Source: Lentisphaeria bacterium
Lineage (GTDB): Bacteria; Verrucomicrobiota; Lentisphaeria; JABSQK01; JAWLHB01
Reading direction: 5' to 3'
NCBI GenBank assembly: GCA_041690595.1
Contig: JAWLHB010000045.1
Span: 1-64,000, forward strand
Length of the DNA stretch: 64,000 bases
The notes beneath the pieces are model-generated. The model was given only the letters and a program-made list of their open reading frames with translations. It had not been told where the DNA came from and made no database searches. Shown in pieces: positions 1-8,572 of this stretch. The translations under genes were made by a program, and so were the position numbers. The stretch's first letter is position 1. Every line of letters starts with the position of its first letter.

Positions 1-263
1 GAAGCCTCAACGATCCTGGCATACCCCAGAGAGCCAGGAGTGACGAAAAATGAAACACTCAGCCTCAAAATCATCGAAAAGTGCTGAAGTTGGGCTAGTA
101 GCGTAGGCAAGCCTTTACCTTTTTGCCTAATGCTTATATTTTAGCCTCAAATAAGTGGCGAAAGGTATGCCACTTTCATCCCGACCATTTTCCCTTCTCC
201 TCATGCTCTGATCGGGTGAGGCAGGCATGAACGGGAGATATTGATTCCATTTTGTACTGCGAC

Positions 264-610
264 TTATCCGCGGCATCCGGTACCCGGCACGCGACGTTCA
301 ATCTCAGCGCAAAGGTACGTTTCCTGCACCATTCTGTCGTAGCGATTGTGAGCAGACCAGAAGTCGTCCTTGGATTGACCTTCAGGTATGCCGATTTCAG
401 ATTGCGAAAACACATCATGCAGCCAAATGCTCCGTGGCCGAATGAGCTATAGTCCGAGTACATGCAATTGATGCACGCCTGCATGTAGACGCCGCTCGGA
501 AGCTGCGATTGGATCTCCAGAAGTTCGTCTTCGAACCAACCGGATCTGCCCGAGCCAGAAAACTGACCAAGAGTTGACCCAAGGCGCAGCTGAAGCACTT
601 CTCTACTGTC
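264..610 (-). pseudogene. Frameshifted, 5'-truncated DUF6304-like gene remnant
   Basis: GWFEDELLEIQSQLP..ACINCMYSDYS..CMMCFRN..AYLKV continues in another frame near 375 as SKDDFWSAHNRYDRMVQETYLCAEIERRVPGTGCRG*. Family recognised from memory; 5' limit approximate. Confidence 0.55.
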
Positions 611-702
611 ACTAAAGTCTGATGCGCGGAATCCACGGGGCCAATCTCCAACGAAAATTCCACCTCCGGCCCCTCTGGCCATGACTCTTTGAGAAGACGC
701 CT

Positions 703-1035
703 GAGGGAACCGACGGAGCACTGGCTGATGCATGTGCTGGCGCCACCTTCTGGGCGGTGCTCTTTCCGCGGCGTCCACGGGAACAGGCCCCCATCGTCAC
801 CTATCTGGAGCGCGAAGAAGCGCTGGTGGTGGAATACGGCGAGGGGCGCGACCTGAGCTTCTTGCGCACCCACGAAGCGAGGTTGCCTGGCGCCAGTAGT
901 GGAACGGACGCACCGGAGCAATGGATTACCGTGCGGCGGCAAGACCACCATGGGTCCGTTCATGGCAATGGTCCCGCGGCAGTGGACCTTCTTCACCAGG
1001 ACGATTACGGCCTCGGCGTCGGCGGCATCGAGTAG
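703..1035 (+). pseudogene. Orphan C-terminal gene fragment, possibly lyase/heparinase-like
   Basis: Open frame ATFWAVLFPRRPREQAPIVTYLEREEALVVEYGEGRDL has no convincing start or RBS and abuts an unrelated fragment. Confidence 0.3.
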
Positions 1036-1108
1036 TCAAGAATCTGGGTTGACCGGGCATGCAGCGATCAGGTCGAGCAGCGCCTGGGACGCTCTGCTTG
1101 ATCGGCCA

Positions 1109-1768
1109 TCACCTACCCTCCATATCGATGGCCCAGATCCGCTTCTGATCCTTGTAGACGACGACCGCCAACAACAAGACAATGACGGGGAGCACCCAGG
1201 GCGTGGCAGTGCGCAGAAAGCCGGTCCCCCAGATGATCAGAGCCGTATTGAGCAGAATAAAGTAGATTCGCAGCTCCGTGGGCCCCGTGAAAAACTGGGT
1301 GATCTGGAACTCATTCGTCACGCTGAACACCAGAAACGCGTTGACCCAAAAGGCGCCGATGATCGGGACCAGCATGATCATCGCTGTCCTGGCAAAGCCA
1401 TCCACCAGAAAGGTATAGCCCACGATAAGCGAGGTCATGAACAGGTAATCCAGAAAATGATCCATGTAGTAACCCCACTTGATGAGCCCCGTGCGGCGAT
1501 GTTTGCCCACCGCCCCATCGAATGCATCGGTCAGCCACTGCAAGCAAAGCATGACCGACGAAAGCCATAGCCAATGCAGATTCTCCTGCGCCAGGTAGCC
1601 GGACACAATCACGCCAATGCTCCAGCCCACCGTCAGCATCGTCAGGTGATACGTTTCCAGCCACGCCGGTACGCGCTTCACATTGGCATCGATAAACCGG
1701 CGTTCCACCCGGGCCAGCGGCGAATGCATCGGAGCTTTCTTGTCACCACCAAAGGAATGATCTGTCAT
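1109..1768 (-). CDS. CDP-alcohol phosphatidyltransferase family membrane protein
   Basis: DAFDGAVGKHRRTG..WGYYMDHFLD matches the DxxDG..G...DxxxD signature; several hydrophobic helices. Confidence 0.85.
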   Translation of the reverse strand: MTDHSFGGDKKAPMHSPLARVERRFIDANVKRVPAWLETYHLTMLTVGWSIGVIVSGYLAQENLHWLWLSSVMLCLQWLTDAFDGAVGKHRRTGLIKWGYYMDHFLDYLFMTSLIVGYTFLVDGFARTAMIMLVPIIGAFWVNAFLVFSVTNEFQITQFFTGPTELRIYFILLNTALIIWGTGFLRTATPWVLPVIVLLLAVVVYKDQKRIWAIDMEGR

Positions 1769-2081
1769 CGTGATTCTCCCTGTTCAGCGCAACTTCACGG
1801 CAAGCCGCATTGCCAGTCATCGTGCAAGCACCCGCAACATAAGCTGGTTGTAGATGTTCAGCGAGCAGATTCGAGAAAATGAATGTGTTGGTGTCGGCTT
1901 CACATGTGAACGCGAAAGGTATGTCGGAGGAAGGGGCGAGCCTCAGCGTGCGAGGTGACGTCTCGTTGACCCTGCCGTCCTGATGCACGGAGTCGGTCCA
2001 GGCCTGGGAGACATCGGTGACGTATGCGCCGGGGACGATAATGTAGGCCAGCGGCACCATGCGGTTCTCACTGCCGAGGGT

Positions 2082-2171
2082 GGCCCACTCGCCTTCGATT
2101 GGGGCGCGTCCCTCGAGTTCGAGGCCAAGCTCAGTGAAAAACTCAATGGCGGCGGCGATGTCTTGCGCCAT
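2082..2171 (-). pseudogene. VOC/glyoxalase family N-terminal fragment
   Basis: DIAAAIEFFTELGLELEGRAPIEGEWA is a typical VOC N-terminus; similarity stops after about 30 codons. Confidence 0.6.
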
Positions 2172-2372
2172 CGATCCTCCGAATGGTGACCAACCTGTTT
2201 ATCCAGGCAATCTTTAGTTCGAGCGAACAGGCTGCCTTGGGCACTGGCGTGGCAATCGGACGATGTCAAGATGGTCAGGCAGAGATTCACTCTGGCGTTG
2301 CCTGGCCAACGGCGCCGGTGATTTACCGCAGAGATCGCAGAGAACGGCAGTCAGGGACGATTGCGGCAACGT

Positions 2373-2455
2373 ACCTGTCAGGTCCGCTACCCCAGTTCTT
2401 GGGCAAGGCCGATGAGTAGTCCTTCGGGGCCGCGAATGGAGCAGAGCCGATAGGT
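2373..2455. repeat. 83-bp dispersed structured element, copy 1
   Basis: 77/83 identical to 21746..21828, with an identical 42-nt core containing a C(TTCG)G hairpin. Confidence 0.9.
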
Positions 2456-2521
2456 ATCTGGTCGCGTCGCGTTGGCCGTCGGCCGGCGACAACGTCACGC
2501 CTGTGGAGGGGGGATCTTGAA

Positions 2522-3259
2522 TCAGTCCCTGACGACAGCCGGGACTTTCGACGAGCCGATCATGTTCCTGGCATCGGCCAGGCGGATGATGCTGACAGCT
2601 CCATCGCCCATGGCGAAGACGCCGGAACCATCGTAGATCAAGACGCCAGCAGCGGTTGACGCCGAGACGACATTGCCATGATCGAATGCAAAGCTCAGAT
2701 TGCTGATCATACCCGTACCTGTGTCCGGCAGACCGTAGGCATACTGATAGCCGCGGCTGTACGCATGCTTGTCACCGAAGAAGATGAAGTTGCTCAGCCC
2801 AATGCGGCTGAGGTTGACGCGACGTGGTTTGACGAGTCCGCCGGCGCTGCACCATGCCCCCCAACCACCGGGATTCGTGCCGCTGTACTGATAGCCATGA
2901 AAACCACGTTCGAAAATCGACACCGTCGCGTAGGTGCTGCCGCCATTGGAATTGATGACGGGGTCTGTGCGGCGTGTGCACTTGAAGATGAGGTCATCGG
3001 TGACCTCCAGAGTGGTCGCGATGCTGTCCCAGCCGATGTTGGCGATGGGGGGGAGCTGATCGTTGCTGTCATCGTACATGGCGAGCGCGATATACATCTG
3101 TTTCTGACGGCTGACACAGCCAATATCCTTGGCCTTTGACCGGGCCTTGCTCAGTGCCGGCAGAAGAAGGCTCGCGAGGATAGCAATTATCGCCACTACC
3201 ACCAGCAATTCGATAAGAGTAAAACGCCTTGCAGCAGCTCGCATACTTGAAGACTCCAT
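2522..3259 (-). CDS. Prepilin-type N-terminal cleavage/methylation domain protein (DUF1559/SBP_bac_10-like)
   Basis: [45 protein letters not shown]-terminal H...VFAMGDGAV resembles the H-X9-DG motif with an insertion. Confidence 0.9.
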   Translation of the reverse strand: MESSSMRAAARRFTLIELLVVVAIIAILASLLLPALSKARSKAKDIGCVSRQKQMYIALAMYDDSNDQLPPIANIGWDSIATTLEVTDDLIFKCTRRTDPVINSNGGSTYATVSIFERGFHGYQYSGTNPGGWGAWCSAGGLVKPRRVNLSRIGLSNFIFFGDKHAYSRGYQYAYGLPDTGTGMISNLSFAFDHGNVVSASTAAGVLIYDGSGVFAMGDGAVSIIRLADARNMIGSSKVPAVVRD

Positions 3260-3284
3260 TTGTTACGATTATCGCCCGGCCACC

Positions 3285-3395
3285 CTATATATATACAACA
3301 GTGGTCCATCAACTTCAATAGCAATTTGAACAAAGAGTCGGTTTGCCTTTCATCATTTGGGTAGTACTATATATATACTGATGTAGTATAGATAC
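3285..3395. promoter_or_regulatory. Three TATATATAC-type boxes in a divergent promoter, candidate GntR operators
   Basis: CTATATATATAC at 3285-3296 and 3367-3378, and GTATAGATAC at 3386-3395, in GC-rich DNA. Confidence 0.65.
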
Positions 3396-3410
3396 CCATG
3401 GAGATGGCCA

Positions 3411-4409
3411 GTGAGCGCGAAAGCCCCCCTGTACAAGATAATCACCGATGCGTTGATCAAGGACATCCGCACTGGGGTCTACCAGCTTGGCGATCAGTTG
3501 CCAGGGCACACTCGGCTTGCTCGAGAGAAAGGCGTCAGTCTCATTACCTCGAATCGAGCCTTGAAGGAGTTGGAACGGCTGGGATATGCTTCAAGGCGCT
3601 CACGCGAAGGTACCTTTGTCTGCCCCCGCGTCCAGCGCATTCTGGTACCTGCGAGCACCAAGGACAATCGTGAGAGCCCACAGCTTTTCGAATATCTGGA
3701 TGGCATCCTGGTGGAAGCGAACCAGCGCAAGATTGAAGTCGCAGTGATGCCCTTCGAGTCTGACGTTTTTGCCTCTGTCGAGGCACTTCACAGCGGCAAT
3801 TTCCACGGCATTATCCAGCTCGGAGCCTCGAGTCCGCATTTTCCGGCGGCGGTGCTGCAGCGCAGCGGGCTCCCATGGCTTTGCGTTGGCGTGGAAGAGG
3901 GTCTCGGCCACTACTTTGTCAACGAAGACCGTCGCGCGGCCGCCTTTGAGATTGTCCAGCTCATGCGCCAGGCAGGACGTCAACGCATCGGTTTTCTGGG
4001 CCGTCTCAACTTCCCCAACCACCGGCTCTGTCGCGATGGCTATCTGGAGGCTCTTGCCGATACCAACCTTGGCAGCAGCCTGGTACGGGATGTGCACACG
4101 CCGACGATTCTTCCCGTGGCAGAAGAGCTTGCGCCGAAAGTGGACGGCCTCATTGTGGCTGGCGGCGGCATCATGAGTTGCATGGCGCTGGCCTATCTGA
4201 GAGGACAGCAGAATACCATGCCCATCGGTGTTTTCGATGAGAGTGCCGATATCGAGGAGTTCCGGGATCAGGTCTACTTTGCCGAGATGGACCACGTGGA
4301 GTCCGGGCGCCATGCCGTACGCATGCTCACCGACATTGTCGGCGCAGGCGATGAGGTGGTCACACATGCCCGCCTGCCATGCAAGGTGACGCTCCCACGC
4401 GAATCCTGA
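3411..4409 (+). CDS. GntR wHTH plus LacI-type sensor domain regulator (AraR-like)
   Basis: PLYKIITDALIKDIRTGVYQLGDQLP..GVSLITSNRALKELERLG..GTFV, followed by a PBP-like domain (GRQRIGFLG..RDGYLEAL). Confidence 0.9.
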   Translation: MSAKAPLYKIITDALIKDIRTGVYQLGDQLPGHTRLAREKGVSLITSNRALKELERLGYASRRSREGTFVCPRVQRILVPASTKDNRESPQLFEYLDGILVEANQRKIEVAVMPFESDVFASVEALHSGNFHGIIQLGASSPHFPAAVLQRSGLPWLCVGVEEGLGHYFVNEDRRAAAFEIVQLMRQAGRQRIGFLGRLNFPNHRLCRDGYLEALADTNLGSSLVRDVHTPTILPVAEELAPKVDGLIVAGGGIMSCMALAYLRGQQNTMPIGVFDESADIEEFRDQVYFAEMDHVESGRHAVRMLTDIVGAGDEVVTHARLPCKVTLPRES

Positions 4410-4430
4410 GTGGCAGATGCGTCCCTTCAA

Positions 4431-5273
4431 CTACTGGAATTCGGTCCAGTTGAAGATGTGAGCGGCGTTTTTGTACCAGAATTTCTGGCGGGTCGGCTCG
4501 GGGATGTCGAGGTAGTCGAGGAGGCGTTGAGAGAGAGGAACCCAGATGTCCGGCTCGGGGTTGTCGGTGCCGAAGCAGAGTTTCTCGAAGCAGGCGAGGG
4601 CGGGATGCTCAGCGGGACAGGTGAGGTTGGCACCGGGGGCCGGGGCGAAGAAGCGTCGGAGCTGGTACTCGCGTTCCTTGTTGCCGCCGCCGCCAGTGAG
4701 GTCGAAGTAGATGTTCTTGTGCGTGTTGACCATCAGGGCGGCTTCGTGAGGCCAGGGGTAGCCGAGGTGAGCGCCGATAATCCGCAGTTCGGGGAAGCAG
4801 CGAGTGACACGGTCGAGGTAGATGGGGCGCATGTTGTTGACGTCGGTACCCAACTCGCGGTCGCGACCGTCGGGGGTAACGGCGAGGATGCCGCAGTGGA
4901 AAAGGATGGGCATCTGGAGGGCTTCGGCGCGCTCAAAAATGGGGAAGAGCTGCTCGGCGTTGTAGGGGACCGCGGCGTCGATGAACTTGAGGCCGGTGAA
5001 GCCCTGATCCTTGAAGCGGTCGACATCCTCGGCGACGTGAGGATTTGCCGGGCGGCTCTCCATGCAGGCCATACCGACGATGACGTCGGGGAATTCGCGC
5101 ATCCACTTGCGGACGCCGTCGTTGCCATGGTAGCCGGAGACGGCGTAGCGCTCCGGCAGGGCGAGGGCGATGAATTTGCGCACGTTCCACTGCTCCCAGA
5201 ACCGGACGCGTGCGGGGATGTCCTGATCGACGCGCAGGTGGCCGTGGATGTTGATAATGTGTTCAGGCAGCAT
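4431..5273 (-). CDS. Amidohydrolase family 2 protein
   Basis: IINIHGH, GFTGLK, PILFHCG, IIGAHLG, NIYFDLT and FGTDNP motifs. Confidence 0.88.
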   Translation of the reverse strand: MLPEHIINIHGHLRVDQDIPARVRFWEQWNVRKFIALALPERYAVSGYHGNDGVRKWMREFPDVIVGMACMESRPANPHVAEDVDRFKDQGFTGLKFIDAAVPYNAEQLFPIFERAEALQMPILFHCGILAVTPDGRDRELGTDVNNMRPIYLDRVTRCFPELRIIGAHLGYPWPHEAALMVNTHKNIYFDLTGGGGNKEREYQLRRFFAPAPGANLTCPAEHPALACFEKLCFGTDNPEPDIWVPLSQRLLDYLDIPEPTRQKFWYKNAAHIFNWTEFQ

Positions 5274-5294
5274 GAGCTGTGTGTTCTTCAAGTT

Positions 5295-7364
5295 TCAGGC
5301 GTGCCAGGTGACGACGCCGTGGTGGCGGACCGGGGGGAGGGTGCTTTCGTGGCGATGGCCATTCCGGGTTATGCGGAGGGGAAGGGGCTGCTCGTGCTCG
5401 GGGAGGTAGAGAGTTGGCTGCTGGGGGGCGCTGTCGGTCTGCCAGATGACGTGGAGGTTGGCAGGAGCGTTACCATTGAGCCGGAAGAAGGGAAGGGCGC
5501 GGCGCTCATCGGCGAGGATGGTGGCGTCGAGGTAGATGTGTTCGGCTCCGAAGAGGCGGAAGGGGATGAGGCTGGTGGATAGCCAGTCGAGGGTGGCAAG
5601 TATCTCGTCCCAGTTGTGAGGGATCTGCCAGTAGCGGGAGTCGCAGCCCTGGTACTTGCTGTTGTAGAGTCCGCCGTCGAGGGAGCGGGCGGGGTGCACG
5701 TAGTCGATGGCGGGGAGGTAGGCGACGCGGCCGTGGCCGTAGTGGGCAGTCATGGGCTTGCCCGCCTGCCCCTTGGCGACGAATTGCTGGTTGGGATCGA
5801 AGTTGGCGGCCTCCTCGATCTGGTCGTGGGCAAAGGTGGCACCGGCAAAGAGGGGGGCGAAGGGATTGCTCCGGCGCAAGCGCTGTTGACCATTCCATGC
5901 ACCGCTTTTCTCGAGAATGAGGAGGCTGCCGCCACGCTGGACAAAGGCGGTGAGGACATCGACCTGGTGGTCGTCGATGTACTGCATATTGGGGATGATC
6001 AGCAGGTCGATGTCGGCGGGACCGTCGCCGGTGATTTCGCTGTCGAGGATGATACTGAAGGGGATGCGCTTGCTGAAGAGGCAGTACTCCATGACGCAGG
6101 CGCTGAGGTGGCTCTCGAAGTTGTCGTAGGCGAGGGAGTGGTAGTTGCGCCAGATGCCGGTTCGAGCCGCGGGTCTGACCGGCGTGTAGAGGGCGGTGTG
6201 ACGGCGGTAGTGGGCGAGGAGTTCGGGAACGCCGGGGGCTCCGGGGTTGAGGGGGCTTTGCTTGGGTTCAGCATAGCCCCAGCTGGTGTGGATGCCGGGG
6301 TGACCGGCGAGGGTCATGTTGCGGGCAAGCTCAACGTCGTCGCGGTAGGCGGTGATCATCGCTCCATTGAGGCGGCGGACGTAGTTCATGCCGCGGAAGA
6401 GGCGGATGGTGTGCAGGCAGGGACGCGTCTCTTCGGGTTTGCAGTCGCCGTTCTCCTCATGCATGACGTCGATGATGGGGGCCTGGTGATCGTGCCGGAT
6501 GCCGTGGACGAGTGCTTGATTGACACCCCAGATGCTCTGGCCGTTGGCGTCGATGATGATGTCGGGCTTGAGGCTGCGCGCATAGTCGACGAGGTGGGTG
6601 ACATAGTCGGTGACGGTGTGGCAGCGAAAGTCGATCCAATCCTGCATGAGGGGGTTTCGGGAGGCGGCGAGGTCCCAGGGCTCGATGAAGCGGAGGTAGA
6701 AGTTGGGGGCGCGGAAGTGGTCGAGGCCAGGGAAGCCGAAGCGGTGGGTCTGGCTCTCGGCGTCGGGGTAGCGCTTCAGGAGGAATGCTTTGAAAGCGGC
6801 CTGGCAGTAGTCGCAGTGGCAACTGTCCGGCTCGGGCCAGACGGCGAGGTTGTCCAGGTGCAGCCAGTCGGTTTTGACGACGTCGATGGCGATCTTGATT
6901 TCACGTTTGGTGCGGTCGCGCCAGCCCGGCGAATTGAAGCAGCCGACCCAGCGAAACGTCTGCTCGCCGCCATAGTGGACAAGGCGCCCGTCGTGGGTCT
7001 TGACGACCCAGTCTTCGCAGTCGGGATAGTCCTTGAGCATGGACTCGAAGTAGACGGTGTTGGCGATGTAGGTGGCGTGGTGGAGGCCGTGCTTGTGGCA
7101 GAGAGCGGCCTGTTGGCGAGCAAGCTCTTGATGGGGGGCCTGATCGGTGGGGCCAAGGCCGCGATCGCACTGGCCCTGAAGCAGGTTGATGCCAAGCTCC
7201 TTGAGGCGCAGGATGTGCGCCTCGGTGTATTCCCAGGCGTAGAGGTCTTCTTCGTCTTCGCTCTTGCCGCCATTGCGAATACGGGCGGGCAGCGGGTGCC
7301 AGCCACCGGCATGGACGATGCCTTCGGTCTTGTACCAGGGGAGGTTTGCGGTGGCCTTGCTCAT
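5295..7364 (-). CDS. GH42/GHL6-like glycoside hydrolase with trimerisation (GATase-like) domain, no signal peptide
   Basis: GCFNSPGWR, DWLHLDN, CHCDYCQAAF, DWIDFR, then IPFSII..IDLLIIPN..LTAFVQRGGSLLI. Start has an ATGA overlap at 7361-7364. Confidence 0.7.
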   Translation of the reverse strand: MSKATANLPWYKTEGIVHAGGWHPLPARIRNGGKSEDEEDLYAWEYTEAHILRLKELGINLLQGQCDRGLGPTDQAPHQELARQQAALCHKHGLHHATYIANTVYFESMLKDYPDCEDWVVKTHDGRLVHYGGEQTFRWVGCFNSPGWRDRTKREIKIAIDVVKTDWLHLDNLAVWPEPDSCHCDYCQAAFKAFLLKRYPDAESQTHRFGFPGLDHFRAPNFYLRFIEPWDLAASRNPLMQDWIDFRCHTVTDYVTHLVDYARSLKPDIIIDANGQSIWGVNQALVHGIRHDHQAPIIDVMHEENGDCKPEETRPCLHTIRLFRGMNYVRRLNGAMITAYRDDVELARNMTLAGHPGIHTSWGYAEPKQSPLNPGAPGVPELLAHYRRHTALYTPVRPAARTGIWRNYHSLAYDNFESHLSACVMEYCLFSKRIPFSIILDSEITGDGPADIDLLIIPNMQYIDDHQVDVLTAFVQRGGSLLILEKSGAWNGQQRLRRSNPFAPLFAGATFAHDQIEEAANFDPNQQFVAKGQAGKPMTAHYGHGRVAYLPAIDYVHPARSLDGGLYNSKYQGCDSRYWQIPHNWDEILATLDWLSTSLIPFRLFGAEHIYLDATILADERRALPFFRLNGNAPANLHVIWQTDSAPQQPTLYLPEHEQPLPLRITRNGHRHESTLPPVRHHGVVTWHA

Positions 7365-8572
7365 GGGGTGGACTCCTGGGAATGAGTGGGGAAGAGGGTG
7401 ACGCTGCTGATAGCGCCATGGCGGCCAAAGCGGTTGTCGGCTCGAGCCTGGATGGTCAGCGGCTCGGCAATGTCCGGCAGGGCGATCGCGTCTTCGCGCA
7501 GGGGGATCCAAGGACCGTCGTCGAGGCGGTAGCTGACGTGGCTCAGATTGGGCGTTTGGGTGTCGATATAGGCGAGCAGCGCGGGGGTGTCGCCGGGCAC
7601 GACGTAGAGGCCGATCTCGGCGTTATTCATGGTAGGATAGATATCCGTGACGCGGTCGGTACGGCTGCACATCTCTTCGTTGGCGAAGTGCAGCTTTCCC
7701 CTGCCCATGATCCCCAGGTGGCGGTTGAGGTCGTCGGTGTAACAGAGGAGGTGCAGGGAGCGGTCTTCCTGGGGGATCTCGAAGTAATTCTGTCCGTGAT
7801 AGAAGAGTGGCCAGAAGGTGTTGAGGCTGCGGGTCTTGAACTCCTCGCCGATGGGGCCTGGCTCGCCAAAGAGAGGGTACTTGCCAGGGGTGATGCCCTT
7901 GATGGCGCGCTCCGTGGAGACAACGAGGTCCTCACAGTCATGACGCCAGTAGCGGTCGCGCGCTTCGAGCAGGCTGAGCGGCGTGCCCGTGGCATCTTCG
8001 TAGTGGAAGTCGAAGAGGACATCCATGTAGACCCACTTCTGGTACTGATTGGACCAGATGTCGACGACGACATGACCATGGAGATCGTGATCGATAGCGT
8101 CGACGCGGCGAGCGACATTGATGACGCGTGCTGGCTGCCCGAGGGCGGCGGCGGTCATCGTGAACATTCGGCCGTAGTGGGTGCAGTGCCAGTAGGGGTT
8201 GTCTCGGTTGGCCCGCCAGAAGCCGTAGCGCTTGAGGAACTCCGGTGCCGGGCGCTGGGCATACCAATCGTTGCGCACACGATGGCGGAGGTTAACCAGC
8301 GCCGCGAACTCGTCCTCGGCCCCGTCAAAGATGATGTCGAAGGGAAACTCGGATGGGTATTGCCGGAGCAGCGGGTGCTCGGCGCCATCGACCGGGAAGG
8401 GGTATCGGCCGCGACGGACCCGCTTGTTGTCGCACCTGATGGTATGGCCTTGCCACTGCAGAGGTTCGCTCTCAGGGATGAGGATGGCGGATTTGCAGCC
8501 GCCGCAGGTGAGGGCGGGGGCCTTGTCTTTGAGTAGGGCGGCGCCACAGTGTTGGCAGTTGAAGGTGGTCAT
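7361..8572 (-). CDS. Transglutaminase-like protein with N-terminal zinc ribbon
   Basis: Cys-His-Asp triad in WHCTHYG, GHVVVDIWS and KWVYMD; CQHC..CGGC at the N-terminus; ATGA overlap. Confidence 0.75.
   Translation of the reverse strand: MTTFNCQHCGAALLKDKAPALTCGGCKSAILIPESEPLQWQGHTIRCDNKRVRRGRYPFPVDGAEHPLLRQYPSEFPFDIIFDGAEDEFAALVNLRHRVRNDWYAQRPAPEFLKRYGFWRANRDNPYWHCTHYGRMFTMTAAALGQPARVINVARRVDAIDHDLHGHVVVDIWSNQYQKWVYMDVLFDFHYEDATGTPLSLLEARDRYWRHDCEDLVVSTERAIKGITPGKYPLFGEPGPIGEEFKTRSLNTFWPLFYHGQNYFEIPQEDRSLHLLCYTDDLNRHLGIMGRGKLHFANEEMCSRTDRVTDIYPTMNNAEIGLYVVPGDTPALLAYIDTQTPNLSHVSYRLDDGPWIPLREDAIALPDIAEPLTIQARADNRFGRHGAISSVTLFPTHSQESTP

Noticed and set aside
3..150. AGCCTCAA occurring three times
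   Set aside because: Only 8 bp, irregularly spaced and at the window edge; not CRISPR-like and not interpretable without upstream context.
2373..2455. Hammerhead or HDV-like ribozyme call for the 83-bp element
   Set aside because: The core reads CCGAUGAG/CGAAU rather than CUGAUGAG/CGAAA, and I found no convincing stems I and III. For HDV, the GGGCAA and GCGAAUG segments are present but there is no room for P3/L3/P1'. Kept only as a testable idea.
2522..3259. Naming the prepilin genes gspG or pilA
   Set aside because: Only the N-terminal motif is shared and no secretion or pilus assembly genes are adjacent.
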